Of a DNA stretch of 64,000 nucleotides, positions 41,400-55,133 are shown piece by piece. A model generated the notes under the pieces. It saw only the letters and a list, made by a program, of their open reading frames with translations. It made no database searches and was not told the DNA's origin. Origin of the DNA: Dimorphilus gyrociliatus (Eukaryota; Animalia; Annelida); assembly GCA_904063045.1 (NCBI GenBank), contig CAJFCJ010000012.1, positions 620,001-684,000 on the forward strand, in the 5' to 3' direction. A program made the translations under genes and the position numbers. How positions within the stretch are numbered: position 1 is the first letter of the stretch; every line of letters begins with the position of its first letter.

Positions 41400-42775
41400 G
41401 ATGTCTATTTCCTGTTATAACGAGGTGACATCTTGCGTTTGAACATTGTACTTTAGATTACAAAACTATTATTGATTATTTTAGAGATAATCTCTGAATA
41501 AAAATAGTAAAATATACTTTCAAATCTAATTTTGTCGGTCCAGACACGATAGGTTTGTTACGTTACTCGGAACTGCTCTTAAAGAGCTTTGAAGTTATGT
41601 TTACAAGTGTCCATTTAGTCATACAAATAGGCCTCTATTAACCCACTTGTACTAAAATTGCATTGATTTTCAATTTGCTTGAAGAAAATAAGAGTATTAA
41701 GACTATTTCTGCGTTAATAAAGATGACACGAACAGCAAACCATTATTACAGTTTATTACAGTACCGAATGATTATATTTAATTACGTAATTCATACATTT
41801 TTAAGCCTATACGAAAAAAAAACTGCTAAAGAAATGTATATAATAATGATATTCTTATCAATTTACTTATTTCTTACTCTTTCTAACATTAAATTTTTCA
41901 CAGAATTATGAATATTCAGAAAGATTGAATTATTCTTCTATATATATTCAATTGCCAAATTTTTCCATTACTCATTCGCTTTTCAGATTTTTTATTGTAG
42001 TTATTGACCATTTTTGATCCAAATATTACACTTTTTAGTTAACAATATACGAACATTTTTATTTTTACTTGAACAATGTTTGAATAAAGCGTTTAGTGAA
42101 CATTGTTAAGTAAAACTTATAAATATTTGGATGTGTTTGAATGGAAGCTGTATAATAATAAGGTTTTCAATATTATAACAAGTATAATAGATGACTTTTT
42201 ACTTTTAAAAGATGTCTCCATTTTCCAATGAACAATGGAGAAATATCACTTAAATAACTATATATACAGTATATACAATATATATCTTTCGTTAAATGAG
42301 TGTAAATATCATATAAGAATTATTAATTTATTATGTAAATTCTATTCAAATATTTAATAGATATTATATTTGTAATATTAATAATTAAATAGGAAGGTAT
42401 GTTGGAAAATAGAGAGGAGGAGAAAGTGTTCAACACTTAATATTTCAAACATCTGCCATTCTTAAACAGATGTTGATGAAATCGGTGACGGTATATGATG
42501 GTATATCATCTTCTAAAAGAGTTTGTGAAAAAGCTTTTAGATCAATTAGCTAAAAGAAATAGAGAATGGTTAAATTACATTCGTCCATAGTAACTAATTC
42601 AATTCATTATACAGTTAACTTTTAGTTATGTTTATTCTCATAAGTAATTTATTGTTAAAACTTGCTTACGACATAATAAGCTCATATTACTTAAAGGATG
42701 TGCAAAAATTAAGTTCTTGAACGCCCACACGGAGTAGTAACATTTAGGTAACGCAATGTTATAAAAGGATTTTAT

Positions 42776-45138
42776 TTAAGCTGTATCAATAACATTAGTG
42801 TTTGATAGTGTTGAATCACCATTAGATGATATAGTTGGAATTGGTTCCGGCCAATCCTCTTCTTGTGCTTTATCTCTCCTAAAATTTATTTTCCATTGGA
42901 TTAAAAGACTCAATACTTTTAAATAGAAACTTTTTACCGTTTAATGATGACGATTATAACAATTGTTACAATAAGTATTACGGCAATAGCTGAGGCTATA
43001 ATGGCAACTGAAAAGTAAAAATATTATTTAACAAAGCAACTGATCAGAGTGGCTGGTTTTCTCCTTACCAACTAATTTAACATTATTTCCTTCGTCATCT
43101 TTGTTGCCACTAAACGGTTCAGGTGATTTGAAAGTTGTTTGAATAGCTGTACTCTAGATTACATAGAAAAAAATATTAAATTCTCTCTTCACATTAATAA
43201 GCCCTTATTTTCTATTTACCACTCTCTCCTCTGTAGTTTGTACAGGTGTTGTCATAATTACTGTAGTATTGACTAGAGTAGCATTTTGGGTAACATTTTC
43301 ACTAGTCACATTTTGGGTTATCGTATAATTAAGTGTATAATTGGTGGACATTGAATAGTTCACTGTAGAACTTTGAGTAAAACTTGTAACAGTTGATGAA
43401 GCGTCTTCTGTAGAAAGTTTAGTAGTTGCTACATCTTCAGTTGTAGTTTGTTGAGTAGTAATTACTTCGACTTTGAAATGACGAAGATATTAATTATTCT
43501 TTATTATACATATTGTATATATAAAGAAATATATAAAATTATTAAAAATTACTAACCAAATTCACAAGCAAATGACTTGTTTACTTCACAATCGTCAGTT
43601 AACCATGCTAAATCGTTATTTTGTTCTTTTTTAGTTAACATACACTTCTTTCTAAAGAACTTTGTTAACCAATTCGTATTTGTTGACCATATATTTTCAA
43701 TCATTGTTTTCTTACTAGTTGACCAAATCCATTTTCTTCTAGTTATTCCAACCCAGGCTTCCGAATGTCTTCCACGATTTAATAAATCAACCAAGTCCTC
43801 ATAATCTGTATCGACTAAAGGTACAAACAATCTACCATTTCTTCCAGAGCATTTATTTGTAGCTTGAAAATACGTTGTTATTCCGCCTATAGTAGAAAAG
43901 GATGAATATTAAATGAATTCTATAGTATTCTATGTTTTTAAACACCATTGTGAGGGCTAAGTAGAAGGCAACGATCATTTCTTATAGTTTTTGAAGAATC
44001 AGCTTCGTTTGTACATTGTTCCTTAGCTACATATTATAAATAGAAGTGTCATTTTCTTTATTAAAATATTATTATACTGTTAATATTTAAATACGAACGT
44101 AAATCGCATATATATCTTTTGTTCTTATTGCATTTTTCATCGGATAATACACCAGAATTATCCTTTTGAAAGAATGCGCACTCTTGATAACCCTGATTGT
44201 CATTCGGCTGACCACTACGCCATCTGACGAAATCACCTGAAAAATGAAATTATCCTATCTTAAGTAACAAAGTTTATGAGAAGATTATGTTTTAAAAAAA
44301 TATAAAACAATTGTCTACCATTAACAATAAATAAATGGAATACATTGGTTCTGCTCGATAGGCATTGGCTCATGGATATGTCTGCTACATAGGGCCTCTC
44401 TGCGAAATTCCGATGGCCGCAATGGCATTCACCATCATTCTATATTAAAATAAGATAATATTATTTTGACTAAATATTGCCATTATTCGTAATTGATGAC
44501 TTGATCGATTATATTTTCTACTTACGTAATAGCCTGCGTAAAAATAACCATTTTGTTTACATTGATTCACGCAATCATCCTTATTTCTAGCACTAGGAGA
44601 GAAATTTGACTTGAAATAGAAACTATGTTCAGATATGTGATGACAAGATTGATCTCTCAAAAAATTTCCGTCTGTAAAATTGAAATGAATGCTAACTTTA
44701 TAATGAAAATATTTCAAAAAATAACAGATTCTTGTATTAATTAATTTGCATATTGTCAATTTTTTCTTGAGAATAGATCCTATGCTAATATTTGAAAAAG
44801 AAATTAATTAATTTTTAATGATTTAGTAAAGAGAAAAGAAGGGTCAAAAGTTTATATGCGTTCATTTTTGCCAACAGAATAATAAGTATAGTTCATATAC
44901 TTACTATATAAATTCATCCAATTGGTAAAGTAACCCGTTGCTCCAATCCAAAATTCATTATCTTCATTCGAAAATAAGTTTTTAAAGTTATCTATCTTTT
45001 CTTGCGTGTCCATCTCGATCAACATTGCACCATTTTGCCTGCAAATTTCATTAGCACTTTGCCAATTAGCTTTTTCAGTATGAAAATTAAAACAAAATGA
45101 ATTTCTTTGGGTAAAACCAGCTGGGCATTCGCAGTTAA
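42776..45138 (-). CDS. Type I transmembrane receptor: two C-type lectin domains, WSC-like insert, Thr-rich stalk (signal exon not located)
   Basis: Exons 45138-44905 (CPAGF..FCF..NWQSANEIC..FWIG), 44671-44526 and 44439-44319 (WSC-like), 44236-44099 (WRSGQPNDN..EC..DEKC..YIC), 44026-43946 and 43886-43557 (second CTL), 43470-43220 and 43153-43069 (T/S-rich stalk), 43007-42938 (TM VAIIASAIAVILIVTIVIIVII-KR), last exon ending TAA at 42776 followed directly by AATAAA. Confidence 0.85.
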
Positions 45139-47233
45139 CTGAAAATTGATAAAAAAAAGTATTTAATGGATCATAATGATTTGATCGATGAAAATCGATA
45201 ATGCGGCAAGTTTTTGTTTGCAAAATATGACATTGTCGGTGAGTCGAAGCAAACATAGAAGCTTTATATTTGATGGAAGCGAATGTTGAATATGTAGATT
45301 ATCCTTTTCTAAAGTTGAATTTTTAGTAATAAATCTATCCACAGTATTTTTTTTATTTATCATTTTTCCTTTTTGTTCTAAGTAGAAATAATTCATATTC
45401 TTGTTAAAAAAAGGTGAACAAGTTGCTTTATATCATCTTTGTTGAAGTGTTTATTATTAAAAATTATGGTTAATTAATTGAAAAATACTATTAACGAGAT
45501 TATGAATGGCTCTATTACTACATTAAAATCAATAGTATAGAATAAATGAAACATCTAAGATAACAAATATACAAATATATATATATATATACTGTGTATA
45601 TGTATAGATAAGTATATGAAAAGGCCGTTCAACCTACCTGAAAACATAAAATTTATTCCTAAAAGAGTCCAAATTAAAGTCTTTTGGTACATAGCTATAG
45701 CAACGATTTAAGTAATGTTCAGAATTTCTATTTCTATCACTTTATATTTTTGATTTAAAATTGTCGAATATCACAAAAGAAATCGGGAAAGTTTGAGAAA
45801 GAACTGCTCCTATGAAAAGTTCCCCTCTACTGAGTCGCCCATATATATATATATATATAAATATAGCTATAAAACGATGTGGGAGTAACGAAATACCTCA
45901 TGAATAATTAATTATTGCGCTATTTCCGATTTTTTTAGTATTCAAATGTAATGGAAAGGTTTAGATATTGAATTGAACATAATTAACTTGTAAAAATAAT
46001 TAATTAATTAATTAATAATTTAGGAAAGAAGAGTGCAAAAATGATAAAATATCTTCTGTTAAAAAATTCAAGCTTTTAATAAAATTAATAAAAGCTTGAT
46101 TATAATTTTGTGTATTAATTTTTATTTCCTTATTATTATATATAGTACTTGCTATACTTTGTATTGAATAACGAATATACATAGTACACATATATACTAA
46201 TATATTTATTCTATTCAATTGTTAGACATACTTTTTCAATTTCTTTTGATTTATAACAATATTTAATGATATTAACTGAGAAGAATGTTGATCAATGTAA
46301 TGATTCAGCTTCACCTATTATAAAGAAGTAGATTACTGATGGATGAATAATTATATATTTGACAGTTTATTAAACACAGATAGAGTATAAGCTAAATTTG
46401 TGTCTATATATTAATCCACTCAAAGTAATAGCAAGCAAAAGCAGTTACAGTTCGACGAGTTTATACAAACACAATAGAAAGGTAGGATGTTTTTTTTTAA
46501 TTTAATGAATATCATCCTATTACGTAGTGAAATAAAAAAAAAGAGAACCTTCTAGTATTTTAAATAGCAACTGTTGAAAATAGAATTTATCTTTTTCTGT
46601 TATTTCTCTATGAAAAAACTGCTCTTCATTCGTCAGAAATTCTTGTTCTGTTTATTGTCAATATATAATAGATATGATAAATATCTTTTTTAATAGAAAA
46701 AACAAGATATTCAATTGAATAAAAGTAGAAATTAAATATATAAATGTAGCTACGAGGTGATACATACATACATACATATATTCATGCTTACAGATATATA
46801 TTAATATATTACTATATCAATATACTTTATAAATTGAAGGTTTTCTTAATCAAATATAATTTTTTTAGCTATATTTTGTGATGCAAAGTAGATTTTTCTG
46901 TTAAAATTTATACCAATTCAATTTGTGAATTAAAAGCAATGGTTGATAAATACTTAATAAGCCATCCAACAATTGACTTGTACTTTAAATTGTTGAATTT
47001 TTTCTCTCCTCCTCTCTCCATAATAAATAATCTATATAGGTGATAGAAATACAGAGGCTTAAAACCCAAAGGTCAAGGATATACGTTCGTAAATTAACGA
47101 GATAAATTGTACTTTTTATTAAAAAAACAATGTTTTTGTTTACAACTAGTGAAGGAAAACCGCTCATGTTGAGTATCTTGAAATCAGATCTGGCAGAGTT
47201 TGACCACGTCACTTTCTGAACGGGATCAGAGAA

Positions 47234-48458
47234 ATGAATAGGTTAATTATCTCCTACGCCGTTATCTGTTTTTCTTCACTATGGGGTAATAAAATATCTT
47301 AGTTTAAGCAAAAGATAAGTTTTTGTTAAATTTATTATAAATCAAAAGTAGTGTGGGCAAAAATATCCATTGACGTGGAAACGCCTAGAAATACACATCT
47401 GACTGGAGATGGACAACCGGAAAGGATAACTGTGAGATTACGAACTGATTCTGACCCAGCGCAATGCTTGTAAGCTATCTCATAATTGAATATCAATTAT
47501 TATTATTGTATTATACATTTGCGTTTGTAGTTTACAACAAACCAAAGATTCTACAGCAAAATTGTTTGATAACTATGTGTTAACTGTGAGAAAAGATGGC
47601 ATAAAGATATTTTACGAACCATTTTTGACTAAATTGAGCGATTCAACTCAAGAATTAACCATTGATGTTTTAGCATTAAGAGATAGCGATATTGAGAAAG
47701 ACGAATATTTTGGTATTAATATATTATGTAGAGAATGGAACGATTCTTCCAAAAAAGTTGGTTATAAATCAATAAGAATAATAAGATTTTTGATATTAGT
47801 TGAAAATAATGTTAATGAACCTTATTTTCGACAAATCGTCAGAGACGATGAGAAAGGCATGCATTATAGATTATGTTACGAATTACATGAAAAATATGGA
47901 AGAATTTTAGAAATTCTTAAGGATGAAAAGTCAAATGTTACTGTAAATGTCCAATTAAAAAAACAATTTATTCAATCAATTTTTATTTCTACATTATTTG
48001 GTAATTTTTATATAAATTCCACTGGTTTCACCATTGCAAATGGCTTTTTTTATTCTTGGGAGAGTAACTTGGCATTCTTTGCTTTAGAACAGAAGGCATT
48101 TATAATAGAATTTACAAAGAATATGCTAGTTATCATAATAAAACATGAAATGCACACTGTTACAGTCTCAATTAAACGGACAGCAAATAAGCTTATTAGC
48201 TCCGAGTATTTTTTTGATATTTCTTTTCCAAGCCTAACCACGTACGAAAGAGTATATGGCCTAATGGGACTTCTTGGAAAGAGGAAATTCACTTTTTATG
48301 ATCCCGTTCAGTCTGGCACAAATGGAGCAAAAGAGACACTAATTGGAATTAACGGCGTATTAAGAAAATCGTATTTCGCCAGAAAACAGGGAAGAGAGTG
48401 CTGGTTTATAGATGTTCAAGACGCATTAGAATCTTTTGCCTTAGATCTAAAATACTAG
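47234..48458 (+). CDS. Secreted protein, beta-sandwich-like N-region plus ITIH C-terminal-like domain (paralog A)
   Basis: Signal exon 47234-47285 (MNRLIISYAVICFSSLWG), exons 47349-47469 and 47531-48458 in frame. EPYF..RLCYEL..ILKD..VTVNVQL..GLMG..CWFID..L..Y follows the ITI heavy-chain C-terminal pattern. Confidence 0.8.
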
Positions 48459-48782
48459 TAGCTTTTCTCAAACTAATTTATTCAGTTATTTATTCAAATA
48501 AATAATTTAATTTATTTCAAACAAATTAAAGAAATATATTGTTTTATGTTGTTTCTTTCTTCTCTTACTTACTTTATTAAGACAATATCCGTATATTAGT
48601 AGTTAGATATCTCTATTTAACATTAAATATTCATCAAAAATACTCTGCTCTTAACTCGTGCAGGTATGAAGCTTGAAAACTACTTGAAAACAGTCATGTA
48701 CATCTACTCATATAAAAGCGTGAATACAAGATATTAAATAAAAGTTCACCATTAGTCCATGGCTAGAGACGCTGTATGAAAA

Positions 48783-50017
48783 ATGAAATTTCTAGCTATT
48801 TTTTCTTTTATCATTTCCTCTATTTCTAACAGTGAGAATGTTTAAAGTCTTAATTATACTTATATTTTATATTTTCCATTATATTTAATAGACGCTAGAG
48901 CTAATTTAACTATTAAAGTCACACCTCCGGCTACCTCTACTTTAAATGAATTCAATAGAGACGCTGAAATAATTGTCCAACAAGGGAGAAATTCTGATCT
49001 TGCCATCTGTCGGTAAGCTTTTGCTTGAACAATTTGATATGGATATAAACATATATATGTTCTGCATCAACTTTTTACAGTCTTCTTTACGAGGGGACGG
49101 CAAAGAGCCAAAAAGATTTTACAGTATATGTAGAGGATCAAGATGGAAATGAAATATACGGCGCATACTCTTTCCCAACAATTCTGATAGATGAGTCGGA
49201 TAGAATGATAATAACTATTAAAATTCTTCTGGACAAACCAAAGACTTCCAAAATGTTAAAAGTGATAGTATCGTGCACAGATGTATTTGATAATACTAGA
49301 AACTACGGTGAAGTATTATTGTATATTCAAGCAGATTCACCAGTGAAAGATGCAATTACTCAAGGTGATCCACATTTTGGTCAGATAATTTTGGACAAAA
49401 ATAGTTCGATTCCTCATAGAATCTGTTACGATGTCAGCGGTAAAAGTGGGCAAAGAATACATATTCTATCAGATGAAAGGATAAATATGTCGGTACATGG
49501 AACATTGATGGATGATTATTATATGCATTCAATTCAAATTTATTCACCTCATTGTAAATTTGATTTAAATACGAAAGAATTAAAATTGGAAAATGGTAAA
49601 TCAATTCAATGGACGTTAAGACAAGATTATATAAAGATAATTGATCGACTGTACAGAATTGAAATAAAAGAATACGAAATCAATTTTGAATATTTTGAAT
49701 TGGCGGGCAATTCTCTAAAATTAATTATATCAAGAAAACAACATTCTATAACTGGCCATTATTTAGATGTTATATTTCCGAATATAGGCTACAATTATGA
49801 AAATATAGGTGGTTTAATAGGCAGAATTGGTAGAAATAATTTTATCTTCTACAAGGCAGTACAATACGGAAATGATTCAAATTATCAAAGGACTGTTATA
49901 GATGTAAATGGTACAAATGTTCAGGCTTTATTAACGGAAAGAAATAAAAACGATTGCTGGTTAGTCGATGTAAAGGATGCTTTAGGATCTATACCACTAT
50001 CAGCATACGTATGTTAG
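48783..50017 (+). CDS. Secreted protein, N-region plus ITIH C-terminal-like domain with GDPH motif (paralog B)
   Basis: Signal exon 48783-48831 (MKFLAIFSFIISSISN), exons 48892-49012 and 49081-50017, same intron phases (1, 2) as paralog A. QGDPHF..ICYDV.G.SG..IHILSD..GGLIG..CWLVD matches ITIH C-terminus DGDPHF..LCFNI..GLLG..CWFV. Confidence 0.85.
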
Positions 50018-50714
50018 TTTGTCTCTTAAGAAGAGAAGATAAACGTGTTTGTTTTCCTAACAAGATATTACAATAGTTAAAGGAATGTATAATGTATTCT
50101 TATTTAAATATACATATCAGTGTATCAATCCTAAACGCTTTTCTCTTACTTATCATAAACTGTTAATTAATCAATTGATAAAAAGTTGAAACAATTAAAT
50201 ATTAATATTTCATTAAGATTATAACGGCTGGAGCTTAAAATAAACATCAATGATACTTAGATAGATTGAAAAAATGTCAAAAACAAATACAGTAATAGAT
50301 TGTGGTTATTCTATCAACTGTTTTTGATACAGATAATAATTTATTCAATTTTAATAGATGTTATAAATATACACATATATTATCTATATAACGTTTAAAA
50401 GGTTATAACTGCAGGGAAACATTATGAAAAGTCATCTTTATACTTCAGTTGAAAAAAATACTTAACGTTGTAAATAGAGTTATTCCTATGAAAAAAACGG
50501 TAATAACAAAAAATAGATCAGATTAAGATTTAAACTAGATTGAAGATTCTTGATAAACAAAAAAAGAGAGACGTTCGTATAAATTCTGTTCACGTGATTC
50601 TTTTATTATTGTTTTTCGCGATATATCACTGAAACATCATATAATATTCTATTAATAGATTTATTACTTATCATATATTAATAATAATTGCGCAATAATT
50701 TGACAAGAGTCATA

Positions 50715-51350
50715 TTAAGTTTTTTTATTTTGATTTGAGTCAGAGAATTCGAGTGAAGAGGTTTTTATTTTGCCCTTTGTTCTCCTCCTCCTTATCATTC
50801 CGCACAGGCAAGCAGTTTCAACTTTTTCCTCCTCTTGATCAGCGTTTGAGGAAAGTGATCTTTGAAATTCTTGAGTCTTGAGAAAAGGGCAATGGGGAAA
50901 GTGTTTTCGATGCTCTGAGAAAGCATCATCAGTTGAGACCCATTTTTGAAGTTGACCAGAACACTTAAAGCATTGTACTCGATCATCAGGTCCTATTTGA
51001 GCGGGAAACAGGTATTAATAAGCTTTTTTTAGCCGAAATAATCATTTCTTATTACTAAATATCAACAACTACTGTTAATAAATATTATTTCAATTGTTCA
51101 ATAATCAGTTAATACTAAGAGATGTAATTTACTTTGTAATCTATAAATAGTTTTATAATTAAAAGTTAAGTTAAATATAACAATGTTGGCAAATATCGTT
51201 ACCTGTGAAGTGAAAACCAGCTTCAGCTAAGATTCGTATTGAAATAAATTTATGAGGCCATTTTGACTTGAAAGTTTTAAGTCTTGCTTCAACATTACCA
51301 TAATTGTTTGCTGAATCTTGACAATCCGTACCTTTATTTCCGTAAACCAT
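50715..51350 (-). CDS. Single-BIR-domain IAP-family protein, 141 aa, no RING (absent from the ORF track)
   Basis: Exons 51350-51203 and 50992-50715 (phase 1) give ARLKTFKSKWPHKFISIRILAEAGFHFTG|PDDRVQCFKCSGQLQKWVSTDDAFSEHRKHFPHCPFL, a complete BIR with C-x2-C-x16-H-x6-C zinc ligands. Confidence 0.93.
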
Positions 51351-52506
51351 GTTGTTATTATTATATGATTATCCTTTAGGAATTATCGATATCCTTCTGA
51401 AAATAGAAAATTCAATTTTCTTCTTTTATATTCGCTTGAATGATGTCAGCTTTTCTTTCTACTGTTTGCGTCAATTTTTATTCAGCTGTCTTATCAGAAT
51501 AGATAAGGAAATTTTAACAGTAAATCGATTTCTTATCTCTTACAGTTTTCAATAAAAATTTTTACGCTGAGATTCGAAAATATATGTTTTAAACATTCTA
51601 TATTGTTGTAACAATAGATTTTTACCATTATAGGCCTACTAATCGTTAATATTATACTAAAAACAAAGGCAAAGTTGTATTATGACCTATATTCAAATAA
51701 ACAAGTTGTGTTTTAACAAAATAGATAAGTTTCTTAATTATAGTACATGATTTTCTAACGAGAATAGTAAAAAGGAAATACTTGTATTATATATAAAAAA
51801 GAAAAATAGTAAATTTTACCTATAATCGCTAAAGGATTATTCGTTGAAATTAAATCGATGTAGTTGTTTTGTTTGTGAAACGAAAAATAAAAGAAAAACT
51901 TACTTGTCCTACTTCAAAGTCATGTTAGAAAAAAACTATAAATAGAAGAAAAAAGAGTAGGCGGATTTGATAGGGTAAACAAAGTAGGCAAGATTCTCAT
52001 AAAGCCGATATTCCATATCGATTTAGCTTCTTGTTCATTGATTAGATAAGAAAATTGGTTATAAATTTGATTTCATAGAGGGAATTTGTTACTTATTGGA
52101 GAAATTGGATTACCATATTTAAAGAGTAAAATATATATACAGTATATATAAAATACTATACATCTTTAAGTATGAAAAACATCATCCCTTCTTTGTTCAT
52201 ATTAATTTACTATATCCATATGACACTGTAATTAAGCCTATAATGTTACGTTTTTAATGTAGCTATTAGATTAATAAAATTAATTTGCTTAGAAATTTGG
52301 TTTATTTCCAGTATTTTTTTAAAATAACGCTTAGGTATATATTGAAAACTTACATCTATTTATTTAAAATGAGCTCATTTTAGTAGGCGATTATACATAA
52401 ATATATACAGTATACTGTATAATATATTTCCACAAGTAATAGGAGCATATATTAAGCCTATTGATTCGCGTAGCGTCATTCTTTAAGGCGTTTCTCTCCG
52501 TCGAAT

Positions 52507-54937
52507 ATGCGACTTCTACTTTTCAGTCTCTTTATATTTATTTGGCTTGCTAAAAAATATCAATCTACAAATTTCAAACTAGAATGGGATTATATAATTA
52601 TTGGAGCTGGACCCGCTGGCTTACAAATGGGATACTTTTTAAAAGAGTCAAAAAGAGATTATATAATAATTGAGAGGAATAACGAAAGTGGAAGTTTTTT
52701 TCAAAGATTCCCTCGCCATGATCGTTTGATTTCTATCAATAAAAGATTTACTGGTAAAATAAATCAAGAATTTAATTTCAGGCACGATTGGAATTCTCTG
52801 CTAACTCGAAATTTATTAAGATTTAGTGATTTTTCAACTGACTTTTTTCCAAGAAGAAAACAGATGAGAGATTATCTAAGTAATTATTCAAAAACTCATG
52901 ATTTGAATATTATTTACGGAGTAAATGTGCTCAATATTAGTAAAAATAGAGAAGAATTTCGAATGGAAGCTAATGATAAAATACTTAAATGTAAAAGTCT
53001 AATAATAGCTAGTGGATTAAGTAAACCTGTCTTACCGACTTTTGAAGGGAGTCAAGATATGATTGGATACGAGGAAATGCCCTTAGATGAAGATTTTTAT
53101 AAAGGCAAAGATGTCCTTATTCTTGGTAAATTTTAAATAATAACATCAAAGGAAATATCTAAAGACGCTCCACTATCGTCAATCTCTTTTAATTTTCTGT
53201 TTTAGGTCACGGAAATTCGGCTTTTGAAACAGCAAATGCGATTTATGAAAAAACAAATAAAGTTCATATTCTGGGTAGAAATAGAGTAAGACTCGCGTGG
53301 GAGACTCACTATGTAGGAGATATAAGGTTTCTAACACTTAATCTCTTTCCACTAAAAGATAAAATAATAATATCTATTGTTTTAATCATCATTAGAAGTG
53401 TATATAGTCATCTAATTGATACCTATCAATTAAAATCTTTGGATGGAATCTTGGAAGGGGAAATAAAAGATTTCAAATTAAAAAAGGTCAAGGATAAATT
53501 CTATTTCCAGACAGATAATCTGCCTGATACTATGGATAATTTTGCCCTAAGAGAAGGTTATGATATAGTAATAAGATGCTTGGGATTCAAATTTGATAAT
53601 AGTATCTTTTCTGAGTAAGTGCATACTCTTTTGTTATTAACCAATTTTCTTTTCTTTGCTTTCTATTTGTTTTTGTCCTGGTTTAAAAATAGACACGATT
53701 GACAGTTTTTCCTATTAACAATTTCTATTCCTCTATTGTTTCAATGATTATAAAAGGAATAAAAGAGAAAGGAGAGCAAGCCGAAAAAAAACACAATTAT
53801 AAAGTGTTATTTGTAAATAGGCTATTCTCTAAATAATAAAATATTATTAATTGTATATGATTATTATCTTCTTTTCTTTTCCCTCTAAAAAGCTTAATGT
53901 CACCAGCATTGACAAAAAGTGAAAAATATCCTGAAATAGATGATAAATTTCAATCAACAAACATTGAAAACCTCTATTTTATTGGAACAACTGCTCATTC
54001 TTTAGATTATAGAAGATCATCAGGAGGGTTTATTCATGGGTTTAGATATATGAGTAAGTATATATATTATATATTAATATAAATTAATATTTATGTATAG
54101 TCAATTATCTTTAACATTTTCTTTTCTTTCCCTTCCCCTTCCCTTGTATACTAGTCGAGAACTTTCATAAGAATCTTGAAAGGAAAAATCATAATACCCT
54201 TTGGCCTATTTCCACTTACAAATTAACAGAATTAATTACTGTCATTCTAAAGAGAATTAATGAAGTTAGTTCACTGTATCAAATGCACGGAGTTCTCGGT
54301 GATATAATAGCTATTGATAGGTAGGTGTTCTAAAGTGAGATGTAATTTATATCTCTAATTTTATTATTATTTCAGAGATAACAAACAATTTCATTACTTT
54401 GAAAATTATTTAATATCTAATTTGCATAATTTTGAAAATGTTACCGGTTATCCCATAAACGATGTATTAATTCTAGTATTAAATTATGGCAAAACGTTTA
54501 CAACACCCGGAAATGACGTTTTAAGAATAGACCGAGCTACTGGGGTCTTGGAGGAAGCTCATCTCAGTAATTTTCTTCATCCTCAGTTTTACTATTATGA
54601 AAAATTACCAACAAGTAAATTCATATATATATTTAATTTTCAATTACATTAGTGCTTACTAGACATTACGTTCATTCATACAGAAGGACGAATGCTGAAT
54701 AAACGTAGAGACGCTATCTTGCCATTGCCCGATAAGATACACTATATCTTAGAAGATTTTCACACAACGTGGACGTCTCCTACGACCCATATTCTCCCTC
54801 TTCGAAGATTTTTAGAAAATTGCACAAAAACAGATTTAAGACATTATAAGTCTAGTGATTGTTTTCTGTCGTCATTTGTTGATGGAACTTTTCCCATTGA
54901 TTGTATAAATTATCACCAAAGTTCATATATTGTATAG
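52507..54937 (+). CDS. FOXRED2: FAD-dependent oxidoreductase domain-containing protein 2
   Basis: Signal peptide, IIIGAGPAGLQ Rossmann motif, FPRHDRLISINKRFTG..RHDWNSLL, G-H-GNSAFETA..RLAWETHYVGDIR, TYQLKSLDG, LDYRRSSGGFIHGFRY and FLHP motifs over about 7 exons with short introns. Confidence 0.93.
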
Positions 54938-55133
54938 TTAATTAATTCTTGTTTGTTAAGGTTTTTATCAATGGAATATGTATAAATAAAGTGAACGTAT
55001 AACATTAATATCTTACAATGTCGAATAACTCATTTTAAGCAAAAAAACTTGTTGAATAATTGATATTTAATTAAGAAGGTAAAGCAGCATAAGGGTATTT
55101 CAACACCATTAAATTACAGCATTCTAGAAGAAA

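Noticed and set aside
45163-45396. ORF as the signal-peptide exon of the lectin receptor
   Set aside because: No phase-1 donor linking it to the 45138 acceptor. The true first exon was not located.
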